DNA from: Marsupella aquatica
Taxonomy: Eukaryota > Plantae > Marchantiophyta
Length of the DNA: 64,000 bases
Direction of reading: 5' to 3'
Assembly (NCBI GenBank): GCA_973895155.1
Contig: OZ316893.1
Location: 22,851,844 to 22,915,843 of the forward strand
Part shown: piece by piece, positions 24,797 through 38,430 of the stretch
How the letters are laid out: each line of letters starts with the position of its first letter
Numbering within the stretch: position 1 is the first letter of the stretch
The notes under the pieces: generated by a model
The model's database searches: none
The model's input: only the letters and a program-made list of their open reading frames with translations
Told to the model about the DNA's origin: nothing
Position numbers and translations under genes: made by a program

Positions 24797-27226
24797 GATA
24801 GATGTACGTTAGTGTGATGTTTTTTGTCATTTAGTAAAACTTTGGACTTGAGATTCTCGTGTGTGTTTTTTTTTCACTATTAAATATTGTCTTACACATC
24901 CAAAATGGACAGGGTAGATTAGAATGTATTCATTAGAATATAATACAATGGTCATGTTACTTACAATCATGATTGCACATACCATGGGAATCATGATTGC
25001 ACATACCATGTGAAATCTTATATTGTATTGAACATTTTTTCTTTGAAAGAAAATTTCATTATTTTGGTAACCCCAACACAACCTTTTCCTCATAGCCTTA
25101 ATTTCCATTTGAACCCATGGACAAACATTTAGTTAATTTTTTGTATACTAAAAATGTATGTAATATATGCTACACATGACATGTCTGTTCTCAACCAAAT
25201 TTGGTTAAGCTTTCATGAAATATGATCAATTATACTAACTATGTTTAATAACAACTATGGTTGGGAGGTCAAGCTTCAACTATGATAATTAGTAATTAGT
25301 TCGTGGACCCCTTGGCTAATAGAATCAGGGGGAAGAGTCGACCTGAGCCGTCTCCATTTCTTATCTCCGGAAATCTTGTCTGTTCATCATAATGGCCAAT
25401 CTATGGCTCAAAAGAAAGATCTCAAATAGATCTATGGATGGGTTCTGTCCGTTTTGCAAATGGGTTAATATTTTTCAAATGAAAAATTAAACAAATCCAA
25501 GTCTTCCTAAACGTCGATTTTGTTGATTTTACGATCTTTGCCGTCCATTTTGTAACGCCTCTAGAAATCTTATTCATCCATGTTAGAAGGCGATCTAGGT
25601 GCAAAAGAAAGATCTCAATGAGATCTACGACTGGGTATTTTTTGTTTTGAGAATGAGTAAATAGTTTTGAGTATAAAATTCGATGAACTTTCAAGATTCC
25701 AGCCATTCCTCCTCCTCGATCCTGGGTTTCTATGTGCTCTTCTCAACATTAATGGCTGTACAATACGAGAGGTCCTTACATACCGGGAGTTGCGGTTTAA
25801 CAAGGAAGTTATCAAGTTAGTTATTAGTCATTATTTATTATATGAAAAATACTTTTTATAAATTTTTGAATTTAAGTTTTAAAATTGGAAATGTAACTAA
25901 AACGGTTACATAGTGATAGTTTTAACTGTCTTGCTCTTTGCATTTCCAATGTTTTTACTTTTCTTTTTACGGCACGGCGTCCCAAAATTTACACCCAAAT
26001 TGACACAAACACGAATGGAAATTATAAGTTTGATTCACAAAACTGACGAGTCTTGTTTGTTGCGGTTGTTGTTGACGTGGCACGCTGTGGTGCCAGGAAT
26101 TTTGGAAGGGACCTCTAGTGGGGTCCGTAAATATATTTAATAATAACTATGATTTCAGAACATTTCAGAATTGAAACATTATATAGTAAGTCAAAGAATA
26201 TAGACCATATCAGCCACAGAATAATGAGATTTCCTACCCTCTTTGTTAAATAAGTATCAAAGTGTCTATTTTCTTTTGTATCGGGAAAGCATTTTCAAAG
26301 TAAGGTTCAGGGAAAAATCTGGGCAAAATTTTGACTAGAAAAAATGGTAGGGGGTCAAACGCTTTTCAAAAATCAGTAGTATATCTTGTTGAGCTGAACA
26401 AAGTGAAGTCAGTAGTGTGACCATTTGTGTACAGTATGTATCTGGAAAAAAAGGGTATGTTTATACAAAATGTGTACAAAGTCTGGCAAATTAGCCAGCA
26501 GGCCTGGTATGTGCTTGTAGTCCGTGCCCACTTGAATAGGGAGGTTGGAAGGGTACCTAGGAGGCAGTGACTTTGTTCAGTCTTCGTGTAATCAATGAGC
26601 TTTTTGGCCACGGACAAGGTACTTACCACATTGTTTGATTAGAACACTCCGTGATACACAGAGTTGGTGGTTGCTAAGGTGGAGGCCTAGTCCCTTGGTT
26701 TGCCTCATTTTGTTCTTGGCAGTGTGATACATGTTGGGGAGACTCTAGAGAAAGATACAGTAGTAGTAGCTAGTAGCCAAGGGCTCCAGCCTCCAGGGTC
26801 AGTAAGCGGCAGGGCCACAACACCACTATACTCTTTGAATAGATTCACTTTTTGAGCCAAACAAACACATACAAAACTACACTGTACAGCATCCCACGGT
26901 AGTAATATTGCACTGAGATCTTGGTCGTCCATTCAAATCAAAATCTTGATTACGTTTTTATCTTTGCATCTAGCTTAAACTACAGTAGTCTGACCATTCA
27001 ATAGGCCTTGTAGGACTCAAAAGAAAGATCTCAGCGAGAATTTTAAGACTATGTTTCTCCGTTTTAGAAAATGAAGCTAAGGCAGTTTTGTTCTTGGTCC
27101 ACCCGCTGCACTGTGTGTTCCTGTACTGCTTAGTGTACGATGACGTCTTTTATAACCGGAGTCGTGGTTTAGAGAGAGAGAGAGAGAGAGAAAAAAAGAA
27201 AAAAAGAAAGAAGAAAACGTACGTTA

Positions 27227-27529
27227 CTCGGGGTCTTCACTTCTTTTTTTCCGACCCATCACACTCGAATAAGTGTAGTTTTTTTTATTGAGTTTAGTGA
27301 AATACTTTTAAATTTTTGTCGAAGAACATTAGGGTTATTTTAATCCAATTTTGAGAATTATAAGAATCATAGAGTTTTTTAAAATCAAATATTAAAATAT
27401 TCTTAGAATATTTTATTAAGTTAAGGGTTAAAAAATTCTTTAAAAAAATTATTGACTTAACTTTTAGTGTATTTATTCTCCCAAAACTTTTAGCCTGATA
27501 TGAGACACCCCTTGGATTGAGGCCCCGAG
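27227..27529. mobile_element. 303-bp MITE with 8-bp TSD (hAT-like)
   Basis: Termini CTCGGGGTCTTCA / TGAGGCCCCGAG; perfect TSD GTACGTTA (27219-27226 and 27530-27537); second copy at 38008-38313. Confidence 0.82.
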
Positions 27530-29541
27530 GTACGTTACACTTCTGTTGCTTTAATTATAACTAGTAGGCTCAGGCAGCAGTGCTGGCTCTCTGAGGATTC
27601 TGAGCAAAGAGGACTACAGTACAATATAACATCCGCCGCTCCGATTCTCTTCGATCAATTACGCACCGGTACTGTGCCGGCATAGCTGGGAATCACTCAC
27701 TCACTCGCCCTGGCTGTGCAAGCTTGGAATTACGAGCGCGCAATTACGCATGCCATGCAGCGGGAATCAACACATTCCCAGCTTCTATTATTTGCCAACA
27801 TCGACGCAAAAGCAGTAAAGTACTCGATCTCGTAAGCCCCATATGGTGAGTGTCGATCGGAGTGAGCAAGACAGTACAGTATGGGTTCGCTTGCTGTCTA
27901 TAATTCTATTGAATTGTACTGTACCAACCTTTTCTAACTAATGAGCCCGTACTCTGTGATCGAGCCAGTCGATGGAATAGAAACTCGGGGAATCATTCTG
28001 GAGCGTTGATGATTACATTTTGTCTTGTCTATCCTGTAATGTACCTCCACTGTCCCTCTTCTTCACCACGAACGAAGTCGATACGGTATTGGATACAAGC
28101 ACCAGGAAAACACAGTAAATAATGGTTTTCTATTCGAAACAGGACTTCCATTTACGCTTCAAGCTTTACTCACACAATCTAGAAGCGAGCAGATCCAGCA
28201 CCCATTCAAGCTGACAGCCATGAACCATGTAAGCACTCCCAAGAGTGTAAATGTGAAATGTTTATTCACACTAGGTAAAGTAACTGCATTTGTGCTGTTA
28301 CTAACATGAGTCCCCAAGTGTTGCTCATGAATAGATTAGGACAATCATTGAGCCGGTCTCTAGTCCCACCACCCCCAACCATACTTGTGCCCCAATAGTC
28401 ATGGTCTAGAGTCTTCACTCTAGACAATAGGCACTATCTCTAGTTTTCAATAACACTTTATTAGATAAATTTTAACTAGTCTGAATACCTGTGGGTATGC
28501 ACAGGAAGGGCTTCCCATACCCAGACTACCCTTGCCCCTTACTCACAAGCATATGAAGATTTTCTGTTACCAGGGCAATTATGGTGGATGCTTTGCTTGT
28601 ACAGAGTAGATTGCTAATTCATAGACTCCCATTGCAAAATATATCCTCACTCATCCTGTCCATCAAGTAAACTTCTCATTTTGGGTGTCAAACTGAGTGT
28701 CTTGAGGCAAGCATTGGCCTAGTATTGTAGAATAGACAATCAAGCCTTCCAATATGAAGACTCTAACCAAAGGGGTCATTGTAGCATGCAAAGAACCACT
28801 AAAACAATTCCTCGCATGAGCAAAACTTTTACTCACATGACCCATAATTTTTGTATACGCAATTGCCTCGCTAACAGTAACTTGGTTGATAACATCCATT
28901 TTGGGGACTCCTCTTTTTGCTAGCCATCTCACTAGCCATCTGGAATAATAAAAAATACACAAAAAATAAAAAATAAAAGCAAAAGAAATTTAAACCACAA
29001 GTGCCTTGCTAACAATATTCCCTTTGCTAACAAATTCTTTTTTGCTCACATTATAGAATACCTCTAACCAAAGTACTATACATTCTTCTTTCACACCAAG
29101 TACTGCACAACATGATTGTACAGAAAATAATTCTGAAGCGTATGCTTCTTTAGGCAATCAGGAGAAACTTCCTGTTTTAAAACAAACTAATTTCCTAGGC
29201 TCCTAGTGACAGATGCATGGACACAACGTTATGATTGGGTGTAAGTGGGATGCCTCTCACTGGAAAGGGAGACGCTAAGCAGTAATTGATCACTCCAAGC
29301 ACACCAATCGGATGGCTATAAAGTACTGTACTCAATATTAAGACTATCAGTAGTAAAGTACTTATTTTAGTGTTGTTACTTCAATTCAGCAAGAATGTTC
29401 ATCTTAATTATACGGTTAAATCACCGTGGTCGGTTTACATTCTGGGTTGAGTATATTCACCTTTCGCTTTACCCCTGAAACATGAAAAACCTGTTCGAAT
29501 TGCAATCACTTTTCCTCCTCTGCGAACTTTTCCTTCTTATA

Positions 29542-30829
29542 TCAAGAACTATAATACAAGGTTGCGCACTTTTCTCACTGTGTCCCCATATCCCCGACAT
29601 CACTTTTAATCCTCTGCCAACTTTTCTTTTTTATATCAAGAACTATAATACAAGGTTGTGCCCTTTTCTACCTTGGTCTTCATTCAAATATACAGTGTCC
29701 AAAAAATAGATTCCAGCAAAAGAGGAAGGAATAAATCAAAGATGAAAAAGTTTAGTGTGAATGAAAGAGTAAGAAACACTCAAAAGAGACAAAGAAAAAG
29801 GGAAATGATTATTAAATAAACTCATGCAAGCACAAGGATCAATGATGATCCCTATGCTTTCCATCAATGCGTAAGTGAGAACAAGATGTTAATAAAAAAT
29901 GTTCTATTTATATTAGGCAATTTTTGTAATAATTATCAAAAAATGTTATACACTGGCACCAATTTATACCATGGTCGCCTTTCAAAATTCCTGGGCCATT
30001 TTGGGTGAAAATATCAAAACCAGAAAAATGGAACCAATAAGACAAAAAAAAATCCAATTGGAAACTCAAGCCATCACTTGGATTGCAGTGCCGCGATGTC
30101 AGCACACGCCGCGGTGACAGCACCAAGCCATAGCAAGTCGCGACCCGCCCTGCCCAGCTCGCAGCCGCCGATGCTGGCTGGCTCCGCCCTCTGCCTCCCA
30201 GGCCCCCTTTTGCCTCCCCACTTTGCGGCCCTCCCCCCTTGCCCTCCTTTAAATTTATCCTTTTTAAAATATTTAAATTACAAAAACAATTTAAAAAATC
30301 ATTCTCATTTTTTTGTACTTTGGTGGTGGTTGTGGCCTCTCTTTGTGTCATGACATCTCCCACTTGACAAATGTTTTTTACGCAATGAGATACAGTCTAA
30401 CAAAGATATCTTTCGCACCAACATAATTTTTCAACTACATCTTTAGCACAACGTCACCTATTACACATTGATGTCTTTCTCCGAATGATATCTTTAGTAA
30501 ACTACATCTTTTGCGCAACATCTTTTGAGCAACCACATATTTTACTTAACGACATTGTTTATTTAACAACACTGTAATATAATGCGACGATGTATTTATC
30601 CAACATCTTTTGTGCAACGGAGACTTGACAACATATATCACTCACGACTTAACAACAACTTTATACTTAACAACATCTTTTTTCTTAATGATATCTTGGG
30701 CGTTGTGATATCTTTTGTCTCAACGACATCTTTTTTCTTAACGACATCTTGGGTGACACGACATCTTTTCTCTTAACGACATATTGGGCGTCACGACATC
30801 TTTTGTGCAATGCACGGGTATTGAGCTCA
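29542..30829 (+). mobile_element. Non-autonomous Helitron-like element (degenerate 3' end)
   Basis: Starts A|TCAAGAACTATAATACAAGGTTGCG and ends GTGCAATGCACGGGTATTGAGCTCA|T. Both ends and the acatcttttt repeats match the element at 35575-37429. Confidence 0.6.
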
Positions 30830-33800
30830 TTCCCAATGATGCAACGGAAGGAAGTGTGCGGAAAAATATAACTTATTATTGTAGTGGGTGCGGTGGAAGG
30901 CTACTGTAGCTACAATCTGTGATACAATAGCCCCAAACACAATTTTCATACCGTTGTCTAGTGGACTTGAGAAACTCCCAGTCACACCTACAGTGTGGCT
31001 TGACTCACGCCCCAGGAATAATTAAAAGTATGGGTGACGATGCTCATTCGCAAGCCGTGAGATCAAGATTGTGGAAAGGTGTGCTAACAAATGACATTAT
31101 TTCAAGTAATTAAGATCACTTGGAAAAGATTCACTTGATTGGGAGTTGATTGAAAAAGCACCTTTGCCATTCAAATATTTGTGGTACTTGTATTTGTAGT
31201 GGTTTTGGCCAGTGGTAAAATCTTAGTTGAAAATAGAGTTGTAAACATCGACCGTGTAGTGGACGGTCGATTGTAGTGATTTGCAAATTTGTGTAATATG
31301 CAACTCTAATTCAAGTGATCTAAGTTTTAGTGGCAAAAAAAGAAGTTGTAATCAGTGATTAAGGTAACATAGTTCTAAGTAGAGTCATAAAATGCAGATG
31401 ATTCAACCCATTAAAAAAACAATGGTTGGCACCACGTATGAGTTGTTTAGGCAAAGTAGTTGCAAGGCCTGTAGTAGTAAAACACAGGTTTTCTTCTAGT
31501 GGTAATCCTCGTCCTTGAGGTAGTCTAGTCCGCGATCAAGAACCCCACGCACGCGGACTATCTCAAGGAGCATCAGTTGAAACAGTTTGTTCATTTACCA
31601 TGGAGGACTACCGAGTAGTCCCTGGAACCTTATTCCATGATCTGGTCCAGGAATTTAGCCAAAACCTGTCGGGGGAACTAGCAACATACATCAAGCAGCA
31701 GGTCGTGCAATACTTCCAACCGGCCTTCTTCATGTTAGAGCACCAACCGCAGATGAACCACTTGGAGGATGAACTCATGGCAAAGGGAAACGAGATCTGA
31801 GATCTCCAGATGACAGTGGAGCGACTGGAGGAGGCAGCCACCGCGCGTTGTGATGAGTTAGTCCGCACCACAGAACAATAAAACGGACTAACCCAGGAGT
31901 TGCTCAAAGCTCAGGCTGACCTTAAGGAACTTGAGGCCATTGTGCTTCAACTTTGGTCCGAGTCCTTGGCTTGGGTTAACAGCCTGTCCAACCTCAACAA
32001 CCAATTCCTTCAGGCTGCCCAGCAGGTGACCGTTATCTTTGCCGAACGAGATAAATTGTTGGCGCAAAATGCACCGTAACACCATTGGCAGCTCAGTCAA
32101 GAGGGGGCACAGCTCCAAACTGAGGCCGACAAAGTCATGAACAAGGCGGAGGAGGCGATACGGGATAACAACGCCTTGCAAGACCAAATTACGCTGCTTG
32201 TAATCTAGCGAGATAGGGCAGAAACTGCCTCTAATCAAGGCGGCTCAAGGCCTCGTCCTGACAAAGGGACAACCTTGGACCAATAGCGTAACACGCGCAA
32301 GGGGTGGTTAGTGCAGGGGACGGTCAAGCACCGCACAATGCAGTTGAGAATAGTGGCATCTTTTTGGGTTAACCTTAGCGACAGAATAGCTATCAGTAGG
32401 CGCCGATTGGCAGCACGGTAGGCAGGATTAGGACAAAGTTAGTTAGGATCTTCCAGCGTAGGATAGAGTCCATCAACGAACTAAAAATGACGGACAGTAG
32501 GCTTAGACATTGGCACCACCGTCAATGACCCTTGCCACTGACAATCGACCAGTCAGTAGGAAGGCAGTCAACCATGTCAGGAGGTAGTTAGTTAGTTAGG
32601 CATTTCCCGAGGGATGTAGCAGCTCCCCCGTCCCATTCTGCATGAAGTATTTAGGCTCCCCCTTCTGCTAGGGAAGGGGAGAGACTTACGGTTCATTTGA
32701 GTAAGCAAGAACATCATGGGCGGGGAGTCCCGGCCTGAGTAAGATCAGAGAGTACTAAGGAGTGAGAGCCAGAGTCAAGCTTGTTGGGTTAGTGCAAGGC
32801 AGGGCCTTGTAGAGACTGGGCATCGACTGCTGATTGCTTAGAAGTCGAGTCAACTGTGTAAAGTGCTTCTTCTTATCTGTGTAAACCTGGTCTTTCCCTC
32901 CGATCAAATTGCAAGCAAGTTGTGTTGTGTGCAATGTGTCTTGCATTGACAAAGGCGTCATTTTAAGGGACAAATCAGGTGCGGACTAATGGTTGGGATT
33001 GTCGGGAAGTGTATGCTGCAAATTCTTGTTGCGGCAATGGCTTGAAAGTCCCCAAACCGGGAGTTAGTCCGAGTCACTAACTATGGGGTCCTTCCAGCGG
33101 CGGAAACCAAACATACCTATGATGTTTGTAATGGTTGTGTAATATTATACCGGTGCATGTATGCATATAGTCCGACTTAGACTAACCAAGGCCACCCCGG
33201 ATTCGAAATTCAGCGTCGCGCATTGAACAGAATCTGCCGTCAGGGCCACCTGTCTTGCTTAGAACGCAGCTGGTCTGGGAGGGAAGGAGCTGCGCCCAGA
33301 AGTATTCCAGATCGAAACAATAACATCAGGAAGGAATCCTGTGATGTAAAGTGACACTACAGTATTCAATGCAGAACCGAAAAGCCTAAGTTACAGTGTT
33401 TTAGCACGAACGACTCAACGAGGATAGTCGGGATGGACACTTCTCGTGGGAGCTTTGATTTTTGGTTCGAGCCCTAATCTATAGTTCGATGGCGTTCGTA
33501 CAACGCGGCGAATCCAAACTGACTTCCACTTGCGAACCTAATTAATAATGTTCTACTTCCGTCCAGGAACCCGGGCGGGAACTTCATAAGGAGGAACGAC
33601 AGTCAATGCATGTTTCCTGCTAGAGAAGTCATCAGGAGATAATTTTAAAGAGCCTACAAAATCTTACTCACGAGCAGAGCGTGGGTTTAGATGGACAATA
33701 AAAATAATGTTCTTCTGCTGGACGTCCGTGCACAGGGAATCTCCGGCGGGAGGGAGAAACTCGGGTCAACAAGGGAGAAAGCCAACCAGGTTTGTTTGGC

Positions 33801-35574
33801 CCCGATCTCCATCCTGCACTGCCTCACTAGGTTTGTCTGGAAGGGACAGTAGGAAGCTGGAAGGGAGGCCGGCCTTAGACGGTCATCGAAGGAAATAAAT
33901 GGAGTCAAGCTTCGATTAAAGTTCCAAAGTTCCACTTGATTTGCGTTTCTCAATGATGGCCTGGACATTAATGATGTGCGTTCAGATTCTGGAGAAGTAA
34001 TTTCAGGATTAGGAGAATGGTGTTCCGAATCTATCGAGGAGAGAAAATCATAGAGAGACCTTGAAAAATCGTTGTGCTCGTTTGTGAACGTACAAATCTT
34101 TCCAGCTCCACGCATTGTTGTGCATAATGACTAAGAACAAATCACATTAAATCTTACAGCAACTCAGATTTGCTATAGAATTGAAGGGCGACGCACTCTA
34201 CGGTTAAATAAATCACATGTTGGAATCCATTCAAATCATCTGAGTTCCGCTAGTGAATCTCATCCCACACACGTCCATGCTTGTCCGGATCCTCTCAAGT
34301 GAAACTAATGTACAGATATAATTCCAACATAAACCCTGTTAAATGGAAATTGACCGGAAGAAACTTCGTCTCAAAATTCATCTCAAATGACGGAGATTTC
34401 AATCTTCAATTTCCACAGAATGTAATCTGCCCTATGCTGACTTTCAGAATGGTCAGAGGAGCTTAACTAGAAGTTTCAAGTATCTTTTATGTCCAATCTG
34501 ACCAATGATGCTGCCCCCATCAATCTTGTATCCTATAAGCGCCTTGAAAAGCAAGAACATGGTGACGCTGCTACTAAGATCAAGAATAATATCCTTCCTG
34601 GATGAAATTGATCGACAAAAACAAATCTCCAAGCTCGAAGATTCTGTCCGATGCGTCGTTGTGACGACTACTGACAACTTTTCAAACTGTGCAAAAACTA
34701 GCAGCTGGAATCATGGAAGGACCGTATGGAGGACAGTAATATACATTCAACTATTAATCGCGACGCTGTTCATTGTAGCAAGGGACGTGACTTCAGGGTG
34801 GTGTAAGCTTTTCGATCAGGGGCGAATCTGGACGAGGTTTCATATTCTTAGGCAGGCGTCTTGAAGATGACGAAGAGTGAACGTGGGTCGAGCATAGCTT
34901 TAGCGATTGACAGCTCTTTGCAGAACCAGCGCACTCTAAATCAGCATTCGAGATCGCTAGTGAAGCTGCGACTTTGGCAGGAGAACCTCTGACGGCAGTG
35001 ATCTCTCCGCCATCCGTATTGGACTGGCCCTCATTAACAACAAATTCAGCATCTAGACGAGGTAGCCAGCGCTCCTAAGATTCAGTCAAAGGCAGCACTA
35101 TGCTGTTGGTAAAGAATTATGGACGAAGTTGTATTCATGTGAGCTTTCTGGGTTTGAGTCACTTTGAATAGGTGTGGTAAACCCTTGTAGAAGTCAAAGA
35201 TGATGAGCTTTTAGCAATATTTGAAATGTACACAGAAGATGACTGACCAAAGAAATCATCTGGACTATGGTACATGGGATGGCCTCTGGCAAATTCTTGA
35301 GATACTCCAAGTTCAGCCGGTCCCACCACTTCCACCATTTAATTAAATTAAAGTCAATATTGACTTTTGCTGAGTGACCCTTTTCAGCTCACAAGCTTGG
35401 ACAACACCAAATCTTGAGTAATTCAATATTTATTCCATCACTGCTCATTGATCTAATGCAATGGCTTTTCTTCATTCAAATCACTGAAGCCGCACTGTAA
35501 AATAATAGTTCAAGTTGCGGTTGGCATTCAACAGCCTTCAAGTCTCGGTTCACGTGACACATTTTCATAGTAAA

Positions 35575-37429
35575 CTAGCTCAATACCCGTGCGTTGCACA
35601 AAAGATGTCGTGTCGCCCAAGATGTTGTTAAGACAAAAAGATGTTGTGTCACCCAAGATGTCGTTAAGAAAAAATATGTTGTGTCGCCCAAGATGCCGTT
35701 AAGAAAAAAAAATGTGTTGTCGCCCAAGATGTTGTTAAGAAAGAAAATGTTGTGTCGCCCAACTGAAGATGTCATTCATGAAGAAAAAAATGTTGTGCCA
35801 CCCAATGTGTCATTAATAAAGAAAAAAGATAATGTGTCACTCAAGATGTTATTACAAAAAAAAAATGTTGTGACACCCAAGATGTACTTAAGAAAAATGA
35901 TATTGTGTCACCCAAGATGTACTTAAGACAAAAGATATCGTGTCAACCAAGATATTGTTAAGAAAAAAGATGTTGTGGCACCCGATATGTCCTTAAGAAA
36001 AGGAATGCCATGTTGCCCAAGATGTCATTAAGAGAAAAGTAGCACAAAAGATGGTGTGGTGAGAAAAAGATGTTGAGGTGAAAATAGATGTTGAGGTGAG
36101 AAAAAGAAGTTGAAGTGAGAAAAAGATGTCAAGGAGAGAAATGTTTAGGTGAGAAAAAGATGTTGAGGTGAACAAAGATGTTGATGAGAAAAAGAGATGT
36201 TGAGCTAAGAAAAAGAAGTAGATCAAAAACTATGTCAAGGAGAGAAAAGATGGCGATGTGAGAAAAATATGTGAAGATCATGAGAAAAAGATGTCAAGGG
36301 TGAGGGAAAGATGTTGTGGTGAGATAAAAATGTGAAGGTGAGAAAAAGTTCAGATGTCAAGGTGAAAACAAATGTCAATGAGAAAAAGATATGTTGAGGT
36401 GAGACAAAGAAGTCAAGGTGAAGAAAAGATGTCGAGGAGAAAAAAAACATGGCGAGGTGAGAAAAAGATGTTGAGGAGAGAAAATATGTAGAGGGTGAGG
36501 GAAAGATGTTGTGGTGAGATAAAGATGTCAAGGTGAGAAAAGATGTCGAGTCAGGTGAGAAAATTTATCGAGGAGAGAAACAAAAATCAAGGACCGAAAC
36601 GATGTTGAGGGTGAGAAAAAATTGTCATGAGATAAAGATGTCAATGTGAGAAAAAATGGCAAGTTTGAGAAAAATATGTCAAGGCAAGGTACAATTGTTG
36701 TGGTGGTGTGCAACAACTCGTGCACTGCACATAGATATCGGAGACTGAGATAATAGTCACCGCAAAATAGAGTCCAAGCACAACCAAGTGACAAAAAAAA
36801 ATGTTTTTAATTTTAATTTTTTGGAGAAATTAATATCATATATATTATTTATACTCAAGTTTTTTCAAAACTTGAAAGTTATTATCCAATTATTTAAGTC
36901 TCAATTTTAATAATTAATTTTAAATTAATTTTAAATTATTATTTTTATCTTGGTTGGGTTTGGGTAGGCTATGGGTAGCTTGGGAAGAGGTAATTGAGAT
37001 TAATAGACATATGGATGGATCCTACAGTTGCAGAAAAACAAATTTTTACTTAAGACCTAGGATTGTTCCCATTTTTTCTTGAGTTTGTAAATAATACCAT
37101 ATCCATTTTTAGAGGATATGGTATATCATGACTTATGATACTCTTGCATACAAGAGGGTTAGGTACCTTTTTTGTCTTTTGTTTCCACCACTAGATTCTT
37201 TTTTGTGTGAAAAGTGCGTACAACAAGGTTAGTTACAATTTTTGTTTTGTGTGTCCACCAATTGATTACCGTTTGTGTGAAAAGATTTCCTGTACATTTT
37301 GGTTCACTCTATATTTAATTTGCTTTTGGTTTTATCCCTTCTCTTTATTGATTAGTTCTTTTCTTGGCACTGTGTTTTTGAATGACGACCACAGCATAAA
37401 AAGACGCAACCTTGTATTATAGAAGTTAA
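35575..37429 (-). mobile_element. Non-autonomous Helitron with internal minisatellite-like repeats
   Basis: Minus-strand 3' end GTGCAACGCACGGGTATTGAGCTAG|T (hairpin + CTAG). Inserted between A and T with no TSD; the empty site is in block A at ~1851. The 5' end reads TT rather than the canonical TC. Internal ~37-bp (cccaagatgtcgttaagaaaa) and ~18-bp (gatgttgaggtgagaaaa) repeats. Confidence 0.8.
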
Positions 37430-37947
37430 TGGAGAGATCATTGAGTAGGATTCTTTTGGTCCCCGGTAACTGCACATCAAAATACAAGTGTACGACATTC
37501 CTTTATAACATGATACATCTTCTTATTTTCTTGAAATCAATGAGTGCACACCATATATTTTGATGTGTGATTACGGGCAGGGGATTCTTTCCAGGGGCAA
37601 ATTTGTGAAGCTATGCATGCACACCCTCCACAAGACTGTGTGGCCAACCTCCCACTAAGGACAGCCAAGCTCTATGCCGTCTTGTCTACAAGACCCCCTG
37701 TATAGTACTGCCAAGTACTGGGCCCATCCCAACCTGACCTTCTGGCCAGGCCCATTGCCATGGCAAAGGGTTTGTGCTGGTCGGGGGCTCGGGAAACTGA
37801 ACTTGAGAGAGGTTACAGTCAACCAGGTCTAAGTGCACCATTTTTAAGTGCAATACCAGATAAATTGCAGGGGAAACAGTACAGTGGACCCTATCTAAGT
37901 ACACCTTTTAGTAGTGAGGCCCCTGGCCAAACCTCAATGATCACAAT

Positions 37948-38430
37948 AGGGCGTGTCAAAGCAGGCCTGTAATTCAGTTACAAATCAGGACATAAATTGC
38001 TTTTATGCCCGGGGTCCTCACTTCTTTTCTTCCGACCCATCATGCGTGAATAAGTATAGGGTTTTTTTATTGGGTTTAGTGAAATACTTTTAAATTTTTG
38101 TTGAAGAACATTAGGGTTATTTTAGTCCAATTTTGAGAATTATAAGAATCAAAGGGTTTTTCTAAATCAAAATTGTAAATATTTTTGGAATATTCCATTA
38201 ACTTAGGGATAAAAAAATACTTAAACAAAATTTATTGACTTAAGTTTTAGGGTGTTTATTCCCCCAAAACTTCGCACGTGATATGGGATACCCCTTGGAT
38301 TGAGGCCCCCAAGCTTTTACGGCCAAGACAATATCACTACGGGAGACCAAAATACACACCCCATAAACATTTTACTTCCAAAAATTCACAGCTGTAAGAC
38401 TCTCCTTAAGGGAGAACTTTGACACGCCCT
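37948..38430. mobile_element. MITE with 14-bp TIR and 3-bp TSD (PIF/Harbinger-like)
   Basis: TIR AGGGCGTGTCAAAG / CTTTGACACGCCCT; TSD AAT; empty site cacaatagcc at ~2380 in block A. Confidence 0.82.
38008..38313. mobile_element. Second copy of the ~300-bp hAT-like MITE, nested in the Harbinger-like MITE
   Basis: Aligns end to end with 27227-27529; flanks CTTTTATG / CTTTTACG (8 bp, one mismatch). Confidence 0.75.

Noticed and set aside
35594-36794. Lys-rich and Phe/Ser-rich ORFs
   Set aside because: Translations of the Helitron internal repeats.
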